DNA from: an uncultured virus (IMG/VR IMGVR_UViG_3300049793_000365)
Taxonomy: Duplodnaviria > Heunggongvirae > Uroviricota > Caudoviricetes
Virus record (IMG/VR): IMGVR_UViG_3300049793_000365
Length of the DNA: 64,000 bases
Strand: one strand, 5' to 3'
This document shows, piece by piece, positions 57,139 through 64,000 of this stretch. Under the pieces are notes generated by a model. That model searched no databases. It had not been told where the DNA came from and saw only the letters and a list, made by a program, of their open reading frames with translations. Positions within the stretch are counted from its first letter, which is position 1. The number at the start of each line of letters is the position of its first letter. The position numbers and the translations under genes were made by a program.

Positions 57139-57139
57139 T

Positions 57140-57481
57140 ATGGATTTAAAATTTAATAAAGAGGATAAAAAGTGGTACATCGATTTACCAAGCTATCCGG
57201 GTGAGAAAGCCGATTTACAAATGGTATTGGGTGCTGATACATTACTTGATATTCTATCTGGTAACACGAGACATTCGGTTACTATGTCAGTTAGTCTTGA
57301 GCCAATCGAAGGCTTTGATTCATTAACAAGAATGAGACAGCTAACTACCGATGAAGGTGGTGGTGCTATGTATTTTAGCAATAAACATCAGTTCGAACTT
57401 TGGTTGTGTGATGTAACTAAATTTGTATTTGCTCCGTATGGTATTGACTTCCCTTCTACCATTTTCTACAAAGGTAATTAG
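57140..57481 (+). CDS. DUF6717-like protein
   Basis: WYIDLP...LQMVLGADTLLD...LWLCDVTKFVF...FP. Confidence 0.6.
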   Translation: MDLKFNKEDKKWYIDLPSYPGEKADLQMVLGADTLLDILSGNTRHSVTMSVSLEPIEGFDSLTRMRQLTTDEGGGAMYFSNKHQFELWLCDVTKFVFAPYGIDFPSTIFYKGN

Positions 57482-57516
57482 TAAAAAACTTTGTGTTATA
57501 AGTACATATAACACAA

Positions 57517-58029
57517 ATGGAACAATATGGATTATATAATGACGAACCAGTAATTCGCACTTTTACTGGTAAGTGGGTGAATGTATTCAAACCTACTATC
57601 GATATGTTTTGTATCGAAGATATAGCTCATGCTCTATCACATCAATGTAGATTTGGAGGACATCTATCACAGTTCTACTCAGTTGCACAACACAGTGTTT
57701 GGTGTTCTTACCTCGTTAAAGAGAAGTACAAAAAGCAAGCACTTATGCACGATTGCTCAGAGGCTCTTTTACTTGACATTCCTCGCCCAATAAAGAATAA
57801 ATTAAGTAACTATAAAGATATAGAACATAATTTAATGACTGTTCTATCTGGCGTTTTTTCATTTGAATACCCGCTGAGTCCGGAAGTAGTTGAAGTTGAT
57901 GAAAGAATGCTTCAAATAGAATGGGACAACTTGGTACTGGGCTTGAATAACATAGAGAACTTTGAAATATGGACACCACAACAAGCCAAAGAAAATTTTA
58001 TTAAAGAATATAATTTTTTAAGTAAATAA
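57517..58029 (+). CDS. HD-domain 5'-deoxynucleotidase (YfbR-like)
   Basis: IEDIAHALSHQCRFGGH...YSVAQHS...LMHDCSEA..LDIPRPIK. Confidence 0.85.
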   Translation: MEQYGLYNDEPVIRTFTGKWVNVFKPTIDMFCIEDIAHALSHQCRFGGHLSQFYSVAQHSVWCSYLVKEKYKKQALMHDCSEALLLDIPRPIKNKLSNYKDIEHNLMTVLSGVFSFEYPLSPEVVEVDERMLQIEWDNLVLGLNNIENFEIWTPQQAKENFIKEYNFLSK

Positions 58030-58046
58030 TTTCTTATATTTACGGA

Positions 58047-58604
58047 ATGATTCCCGAAATTAAAACCATGCAACGCGACCTTAAGTTAGGTCAGATATCA
58101 GGGTCAAATGTTATCACACTTGACACTAAAGGACTTCCATCTGGATTATATTTCTGGTGGAAAAAACGAAAGATAATAAAGTCACTCTTGAAAAAGGGTT
58201 ATATATTGTCTGGTTCACGAGCATTGAAATGTTATCGTGTAAATGGTAATGAAGTTTTAAATAGAGAAGCTAGAGATTGGGACTTTTTGGTAACGAAGGA
58301 TCAGTTTATGGATATCTGTAAAGAACAAGGGATATATGACTTTGATTTCAATGCCAAGTCTTATCAAATAAACAAACATCTGATGGCGTTTGCTAATTCA
58401 TATTCAAGTGATACTATTATTGTACCTACTAACATTGAGCTATTCATTAAAGATACACTACCTGATTATGTTGAACATGATGGTATTAGATTCGCTAAGT
58501 TATCTGATATAATTGATGCTAAAATGGACTTAATGGGCAGAGATTCTAAGCATAAATTAGATTTGAATAATATTTATGTTAACGTACACGGTAATGACCT
58601 TTGA
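58047..58604 (+). CDS. Pol-beta-superfamily nucleotidyltransferase-like protein, N-terminal tag
   Basis: ILSGSRAL...RDWDFLV...KHKLD; RDLKLGQI at aa 10-17. Confidence 0.6.
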   Translation: MIPEIKTMQRDLKLGQISGSNVITLDTKGLPSGLYFWWKKRKIIKSLLKKGYILSGSRALKCYRVNGNEVLNREARDWDFLVTKDQFMDICKEQGIYDFDFNAKSYQINKHLMAFANSYSSDTIIVPTNIELFIKDTLPDYVEHDGIRFAKLSDIIDAKMDLMGRDSKHKLDLNNIYVNVHGNDL

Positions 58605-58863
58605 TGAATACGTTATAAATAAAGTATCAGTTACGTTAAACCTTTGGTATTCTAAAGGTTCAAAATCATCTGGTGTTATCAGTGATAATGTTATTAATAA
58701 GTTAGCATCAAAGGTAGATAACTTTGGTAAATATTACATAGTAACGAGTATGTCATTCCCAGTTGACTTGATTGCTACCGATGTGCCACCAAGTGGGTCT
58801 ATTGTTATAAGTTTTACACCGGATGAATTTAGAAACAAGCAATTGGTTTCAATATTAAAATGA
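58576..58863 (+). CDS. hypothetical protein, tagged
   Basis: Ends RNKQLVSILK. Confidence 0.65.
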   Translation: MLTYTVMTFDEYVINKVSVTLNLWYSKGSKSSGVISDNVINKLASKVDNFGKYYIVTSMSFPVDLIATDVPPSGSIVISFTPDEFRNKQLVSILK

Positions 58864-59174
58864 CATTCTTAATATCCATATTTTTTAACTATATAAGTCA
58901 GTTCAAATGGTATCTTGATTCTGTTATATGGTTGTTCATACGACTATTAGAAGGTGTTACTGGTTTAATAGTTGGTGTAATAGCAATTATACTCGCGATT
59001 GGTTGGGTTGTGTTATTGGGTTCAGCTATTATTCTAATTATTTGTGTAGTACTCTCACCTAAATTAATAGCAAACTATTATGATTGTGGGTACTATAACT
59101 TTTTATTTATATTAAGCGTTCCAATTGGATTATTTTTAGCTTTCTGTCTAACAGAGTATCTTGAGAATAAATGA
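58860..59174 (+). CDS. multi-TM membrane protein
   Basis: Largely hydrophobic. Confidence 0.65.
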   Translation: MTFLISIFFNYISQFKWYLDSVIWLFIRLLEGVTGLIVGVIAIILAIGWVVLLGSAIILIICVVLSPKLIANYYDCGYYNFLFILSVPIGLFLAFCLTEYLENK

Positions 59175-59449
59175 AACTAAGAAAGAAGAAATATCATCTA
59201 CCACCGGATGGCTATCTATCAGATGGTTCACAGCATTACTATAAGATAGCAAATGGTAAAATTATACACATTGTTAATAGTAAAAAATCGCCATTGATTA
59301 ATATTTTATATGATATCAATAGTGATAATCTACGTAATCTGTATAAAATAGATGCTGAGTTATTCGACATTATGTTGAGAGAAGCTATTATTAATTTGGG
59401 ATTGCTTAATGAAATAAGGGATATAAATATTAACGAAATTTTAAAATAA
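59171..59449 (+). CDS. hypothetical protein, tagged
   Basis: Ends RDININEILK. Confidence 0.7.
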   Translation: MKLRKKKYHLPPDGYLSDGSQHYYKIANGKIIHIVNSKKSPLINILYDINSDNLRNLYKIDAELFDIMLREAIINLGLLNEIRDININEILK

Positions 59450-59454
59450 AAATT

Positions 59455-59898
59455 ATGTTTTTTTACGAAGTAGGTTACACGTCATATGAAGAAGCACCAA
59501 TGTACACATTGATGTCTTCTAAGGAATATACACAAGAAGAATTCGATACATTGGTTGCTGACTGTATGATTGAAGTGTACTATATAAAATCAGCAGAGTG
59601 GAAAAAAAGACTCGAAGAGGAAGGTTATGTTAAACCAGTGATTGATGAAGATGATGATGAAGAAGAGTATGACCATTACTCTAAGGTTGATAATTTATTA
59701 ACAGATACAATTGAAGCTTTGGTTAGTAAACACGGATTCAGTGAGCCTGATTTTAAATGTAGATTTCAACCGTTTGGCTGGGGTTCTATTAAAAATGTTG
59801 AAGACTGGAAAGGACAAACTGATAGTCAGTTAGATTTTATTCGTGAGCGTTTCAGAATAAATAAGAGAGACAATGATATCGATAACATTAGTAAATGA
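59455..59898 (+). CDS. acidic hypothetical protein, tagged
   Basis: Ends RDNDIDNISK. Confidence 0.7.
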   Translation: MFFYEVGYTSYEEAPMYTLMSSKEYTQEEFDTLVADCMIEVYYIKSAEWKKRLEEEGYVKPVIDEDDDEEEYDHYSKVDNLLTDTIEALVSKHGFSEPDFKCRFQPFGWGSIKNVEDWKGQTDSQLDFIRERFRINKRDNDIDNISK

Positions 59899-60143
59899 GA
59901 CTAAAAGTAGGCGATATTCTATATGTAAGAAAAGAAGGTACCATCCATTCAGATATACCCTTTGAAGTAATTCAAGTCAGAAGTAAAACAAGATTTGATG
60001 GTGATGATATCGCAATCAAATGGGTAGATGGTCATAATTGGTGGTGGGGTCAGATAGGAGAAACAGAACCTTGGACACTTATGTTTATGAGTGAATCAGA
60101 ATACAACAGAAATAAAAAAATTAATGAGTTGATTAAACTTTAG
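59895..60143 (+). CDS. hypothetical protein, tagged
   Basis: Ends RNKKINELIKL. Confidence 0.7.
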   Translation: MRLKVGDILYVRKEGTIHSDIPFEVIQVRSKTRFDGDDIAIKWVDGHNWWWGQIGETEPWTLMFMSESEYNRNKKINELIKL

Positions 60144-60396
60144 GTGGCTTTTGACCTTCGTTAAATAACTTCTCCATAGCTTTTAGTCTACGCAACCAAA
60201 TATAAGAACAAACCATCCATACAATAGATAAGAAAGTCTCATTGGATATGACATTGATGAACGCAAGCAATAGTGCTAACATTATAAGCAGTTTAGCTCT
60301 TTTTATTTTCTTAGCTAAGTCTTGTATATTACCATCGGTAACCATGAGTATCATCAATACAACAAGTACAATAATTTTAAAAGCGAATAAATCCAT
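60133..60396 (-). CDS. three-TM membrane protein (start moved)
   Basis: TATATTTG 4 nt before ATG. Confidence 0.65.
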   Translation of the reverse strand: MDLFAFKIIVLVVLMILMVTDGNIQDLAKKIKRAKLLIMLALLLAFINVISNETFLSIVWMVCSYIWLRRLKAMEKLFNEGQKPPKV

Positions 60397-60432
60397 AGCA
60401 CAAATATACACAATTTTATATTAAGTCCAAAA

Positions 60433-60936
60433 ATGATTAATAATTATATTTACCTAATCCATCATAAGTTGGATAAAAGCAAATTAAAACTTTTATTCAT
60501 GATATTATTAATATCACCTATGTCACTCATTTCATTATGTGATGGTAAAACATCTATGTTAATATGTGTTACTTTTTTAGTATTAGTGACATTACCCGTA
60601 ACACTATCGAGAATGACATACATAACTGGTTCACTTAAATTCAATAAGAATCTTTATGGTGCTTTACCAAGAGTAGGTGATGTATATGTGATGGCTAAGA
60701 ATACTATCTTCGATGATGATAATGGCTTCTTTTGGCAAGTATCTAAAAATAGTGAAATAAAAGTAACATTAATACCGGATGATAATAAAGAATACCCTAC
60801 TGAATACTTTTTCTTTTGTGAGATTAATGGTGTAATACGAGTTATTGATTTCATTAAGTTTAGAAGCAGACTTATAGATAAGTCTGATTATAGAAATTCT
60901 AAACTAAAAAAACTCGGACGAAAATTTGGATATTAG
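60433..60936 (+). CDS. two-TM membrane protein, tagged
   Basis: RNSKLKKLG. Confidence 0.7.
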   Translation: MINNYIYLIHHKLDKSKLKLLFMILLISPMSLISLCDGKTSMLICVTFLVLVTLPVTLSRMTYITGSLKFNKNLYGALPRVGDVYVMAKNTIFDDDNGFFWQVSKNSEIKVTLIPDDNKEYPTEYFFFCEINGVIRVIDFIKFRSRLIDKSDYRNSKLKKLGRKFGY

Positions 60937-60960
60937 TATTTTTATCCATATATTTGTAGA

Positions 60961-61224
60961 ATGAAATCAGTAATAGGCGTAAATGGTGAAGAAATTAAAG
61001 CAAAGGAAGGTTCTGCCGTTGAGCCATTTCACGCTTATATTTCTCTAACATTAGCTATGTTAAAAGAACCATTTGTGTCTTCTGATGCTAAGTATCTAAT
61101 TATACAAAGCTCATTTAGTTACTTAAAAGATATGGGCTATTCTGATGAACAAATCGAAGCATACATTAAGCCTTTGCGTGAGGTCGTAAAGAAGAATATT
61201 GTTATTAACAGTTTTATGGGATAA
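60961..61224 (+). CDS. hypothetical protein
   Basis: TATATTTG 4 nt before ATG. Confidence 0.7.
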   Translation: MKSVIGVNGEEIKAKEGSAVEPFHAYISLTLAMLKEPFVSSDAKYLIIQSSFSYLKDMGYSDEQIEAYIKPLREVVKKNIVINSFMG

Positions 61225-61226
61225 TC

Positions 61227-61748
61227 ATGGACGAAACAAGAAAACAAGAAATCATAAAAGCACACACTTTAGGTAGTAGAACCGAAGAGGAACTTAAAGT
61301 TATTGCTAAAGACCTTTATAACAACAAGATTTTTTCTGATAGGCATTTAAGCAACCCATCAGATTTACAAATGGTGTTTATGGTGATGATGTTTATGGGG
61401 CCTAAGGCACCAGAGCCACCAAAATATCCAGTAGATGATATAAAAGATAAACAGGATTCTCGTGCTAACGCGATGTATGATGTACTTCAGCGCGATGCTG
61501 ACCAAAAGAAATACGAAGAGGATTTGAATATCTATTATCCATTCGAGTGCGAATGTTATAGAGAAAACTTCTTGGGTAAGATTGGTTTCGTTTATGAATA
61601 TCTTGATAGCCCCAACGTTTCACCGCGTGGTGTTAATGGTTACCCATGCTTCTTTTCGGTTCGCTTCTTAAATAAGGAAGACACCGCTATGATGTTTGAG
61701 TTCTACGAGAAGTATAAAGCTATTCGTGAGCAAGCTGATAGTTTCTAA
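61227..61748 (+). CDS. phage hypothetical protein
   Basis: GFVYEY...PRGVNGYPCFFS. Confidence 0.75.
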   Translation: MDETRKQEIIKAHTLGSRTEEELKVIAKDLYNNKIFSDRHLSNPSDLQMVFMVMMFMGPKAPEPPKYPVDDIKDKQDSRANAMYDVLQRDADQKKYEEDLNIYYPFECECYRENFLGKIGFVYEYLDSPNVSPRGVNGYPCFFSVRFLNKEDTAMMFEFYEKYKAIREQADSF

Positions 61749-63079
61749 CTATCACACTCTCTACAATCTACAGTACCGTTACCCTCACAAGAGCCGCATT
61801 CGTAGTTACCAGAACCCCAACAGGTTGTACATTCTTTATCACCGCTACCTGAGCATTCATCACATTTGAATGTTCCGTCTCCGCCACATCCAGAACAATC
61901 TTGTTTACCTCTACCATCGCAGTCAGAACATTCCTCTTTTTCGTTATCAGGATCTTTACCACTACCATCACAGGTTGAACAATCTTCTTCGCCACCACCT
62001 TCGCACTCGTGACAATCGAATGTACCTTCACCAGAACACTCAGAACAATTAATTTCACCGCGACCATCACAATCATCACAATCAATTGTACCTTCACCAT
62101 CACATGGACCGCAATTAACAGTTGAGCTACCACCGCATGACTCACAAGAGCCATTACCACCATCGGTATCTTCTAATTTATATGTATAATCAAGTGAGTC
62201 ACTATTTGATAGTTTACCATCATACGGTGAGTAATATTTAAGAGTATCTAAATATGGATAGTAACTGAATTCACCATGATATTCTAATTCAACAACTATG
62301 ATACCTGGTTCAATGCTGTTACCATCAACTTCTCTTGATTCACCCTCAACGGCTACACCATCTTTAAGTATATTCGTATATTCAGAGCTATCTTGTTCTT
62401 CTTTGTATATGTAACCATTTTGTTCAGCAAATTTAATAAACAGGTTTACATCAGAATCGTTTATTGTATAGACTCTATCCATAAATTTTCTACCATCAAT
62501 ATCAGTCCATAATAATGCTCTTGCTCGAATTCTATCGCTATCATTCTTATAAACTATTAATGATACTTGATTTGGATTCTTAGTGTAAATATCAAAATAC
62601 TTTTGACACTTTTTATATCTCATACAAGAGCCAAGAAGTGAACCACCTTCTCCTAAATCATAGTTATCTTCATCGTATGCTGATTTTATCTCTTCACCAC
62701 TTAGTATTTCAAAGAATTCAAAAGCATCACCTTTTATTATCTTAACATTCGACTTAAAATCATTAACGAATAATTCTATATCTCTATCAGTTGTTTCTAT
62801 ACCAACTTTATCTAATAATCTCTTAGCAAACCTACCAATTTTAATCTCACTTCTTTTATCATTCTTACTGTTTTCCGGTTTAAATGAGATAATATCATCC
62901 TTAGATGTTATATTGATATAATTAGTATTAACATCCACTTCTGTATTGTTCAATTTAAGAATTTCATCAGCAAGTGGTGACTTCATATTTATAAGAATAT
63001 CTCTGAAATCGTTGGAATATGTCAATTTAGCTTCTAAAAGAAGCTGTTCTGTGATGAATTCGTAATATGGACTAATCAT
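61745..63079 (-). CDS. leader-like protein with long CxxCxGxG (DnaJ-type zinc finger) repeat tail
   Basis: MISPYYEFITEQLLLEA; GSCMRY...ARALLW...FMDRVY domain; 12 CxxC units; TATATATA upstream. Confidence 0.75.
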   Translation of the reverse strand: MISPYYEFITEQLLLEAKLTYSNDFRDILINMKSPLADEILKLNNTEVDVNTNYINITSKDDIISFKPENSKNDKRSEIKIGRFAKRLLDKVGIETTDRDIELFVNDFKSNVKIIKGDAFEFFEILSGEEIKSAYDEDNYDLGEGGSLLGSCMRYKKCQKYFDIYTKNPNQVSLIVYKNDSDRIRARALLWTDIDGRKFMDRVYTINDSDVNLFIKFAEQNGYIYKEEQDSSEYTNILKDGVAVEGESREVDGNSIEPGIIVVELEYHGEFSYYPYLDTLKYYSPYDGKLSNSDSLDYTYKLEDTDGGNGSCESCGGSSTVNCGPCDGEGTIDCDDCDGRGEINCSECSGEGTFDCHECEGGGEEDCSTCDGSGKDPDNEKEECSDCDGRGKQDCSGCGGDGTFKCDECSGSGDKECTTCWGSGNYECGSCEGNGTVDCRECDS

Positions 63080-63146
63080 TGAAGTCTGGTTCGTTTTTAC
63101 TATATATAAATTTGCAAATTTGCCTATGAATCCGTATATTTACGCT

Positions 63147-63713
63147 ATGGAAAACGAGGATATCAAATTCATCAAAAACTTTATCACAAGCGAGTTAGCA
63201 AATAATCTATTCACATCATTAATGTCCACCATTGAATGGCACAAGACACTATTGAATATGAAAGATGAACCAGTTGAGATAAATCGAAGAATGGCATATG
63301 TTTATGATACTCCAGTAATCTATAAATATGCTGGGTTACAGTTACAAGGTGCCACTTGGACTGATGAATTATTCTCTATTAAAACTATATTGGAAGATAA
63401 GACTGGGTATAAGTTTAACTCAGTTTTATTGAATCTATATGAGACTGGTAAAGATGAAATTAGATGGCATTCCGATAAGGAACCACAGTTGGGCGAGAAG
63501 CCAGTTATTGCTTGCTTAAACCTTGGAGCAGGTAGAACATTTCACTTCGCTAAAAAGGGTGAGAAAGACAGCAAAATAGGCTACTTTGTTGAGAATGGTG
63601 ACTTGTTAATTATGCTTGAAGATTGTCAAGATAAATGGTTACACGCAATCTTACCAGAGAAGTCAATAAAAGAACCAAGAATATCACTAACATTCAGGTG
63701 GGTATATGAGTAA
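63147..63713 (+). CDS. alkB: AlkB-family 2OG-Fe(II) dioxygenase
   Basis: FNSVLLNLY...WHSDKE...WLHAI...PRISLTFR; promoter TTTG-N20-TATATTTA (63111-63142). Confidence 0.88.
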   Translation: MENEDIKFIKNFITSELANNLFTSLMSTIEWHKTLLNMKDEPVEINRRMAYVYDTPVIYKYAGLQLQGATWTDELFSIKTILEDKTGYKFNSVLLNLYETGKDEIRWHSDKEPQLGEKPVIACLNLGAGRTFHFAKKGEKDSKIGYFVENGDLLIMLEDCQDKWLHAILPEKSIKEPRISLTFRWVYE

Positions 63714-64000
63714 TATAAAACTTGTAAATATTAAGAAAGAACCTAAAGAATCGTATGATTTATACATAGGTCGTATCAATAGATGGCTTAATCTTCCTCA
63801 AAGTAAATGGCACAACCCATTTTTTATGAAGAACGAAGGGCAGAGAACGACTGTTTTGAAATTATATGAAGAACACATTAGGTCGAGACCAGATTTAATA
63901 GCGGCTTTACCTGAGTTAGAAGGTAAGGTACTTGGTTGTTATTGTGCGCCGAAGAGGTGTCACGGTAATGTGTTGATTGACCTATACGAAGAGTTCGTAG
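63706..64000 (+). CDS. DUF4326-like protein (partial, runs off window)
   Basis: YDLYIGR...SKWHNPF...ELEGKVLGCYCAPKRCHGNVL. Confidence 0.8.
   Translation, partial: MSNIKLVNIKKEPKESYDLYIGRINRWLNLPQSKWHNPFFMKNEGQRTTVLKLYEEHIRSRPDLIAALPELEGKVLGCYCAPKRCHGNVLIDLYEEFV

Noticed and set aside
57122..57139. MELITN start resembling the T4 Alt N-terminus
   Set aside because: It arises from a TTG overlapping the upstream gene's end; the ATG at 57140 is the more plausible start.
125..60936. C-terminal tag as a DNA-level recombination site (integron attC-like cassette end)
   Set aside because: Nucleotide sequence varies at synonymous positions, has no dyad structure and always stays in the coding frame, so the constraint is on the peptide.
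8633..61747. Window-wide TAG-to-sense recoding
   Set aside because: Coding density is high under code 11, recognisable enzymes are uninterrupted, and read-through at 61745 would run antisense into the neighbouring gene.
2126..62163. Many antisense or alternate-frame ORFs in the track (e.g. 2126, 2780, 11299, 14981, 15916, 21871, 39975, 44442, 61768)
   Set aside because: Shadow frames of better-supported genes; they lack promoters and labels and have atypical composition.
1..64000. CRISPR array, rRNA, transposase or integrase
   Set aside because: No regularly spaced direct repeats or recognisable motifs were seen by eye.

Overview
AT-rich, densely coding window of ~170 mostly short ORFs on both strands. 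It is best read as an accessory region of a very large (jumbo-type) tailed phage infecting a Bacteroidota host. The host call rests on repeated TTTG-N20-TAnnTTTG promoters, no obvious Shine-Dalgarno motifs, and a signal peptide followed by Gln. No core capsid, portal or full replicase gene and no CRISPR array was seen. Recognisable products: two DNA methyltransferases, AlkB-like and a second 2OG-Fe(II) enzyme, two HD hydrolases, a MazG-like protein, two Pol-beta-type nucleotidyltransferases, a ParB-like protein, an AP2 protein, an ADP-ribosyltransferase-like protein, a bL12-CTD protein, an RNAP alpha-CTD/HTH protein, a mini PolB, a CxxCxGxG repeat protein, and one tRNA with an amber (CUA) anticodon. 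The main signal is a two-label system. About 70 unrelated ORFs end in a shared peptide R-[DNE]-x-[KQ]-[IL]-x-x-[IL]-[LI] and lie mostly in units driven by host-type or putative middle promoters. About 25 other ORFs start with M-K-[HY]-[LI]-K-x-[FY]-[EN]-E, resembling the T4 capsid-targeting leader, and sit just downstream of a TATATA putative late promoter. The two labels are essentially mutually exclusive. Three structured intergenic RNA candidates and a repeated 25-bp dyad were also found. All family calls and counts are by eye; no database search was run.
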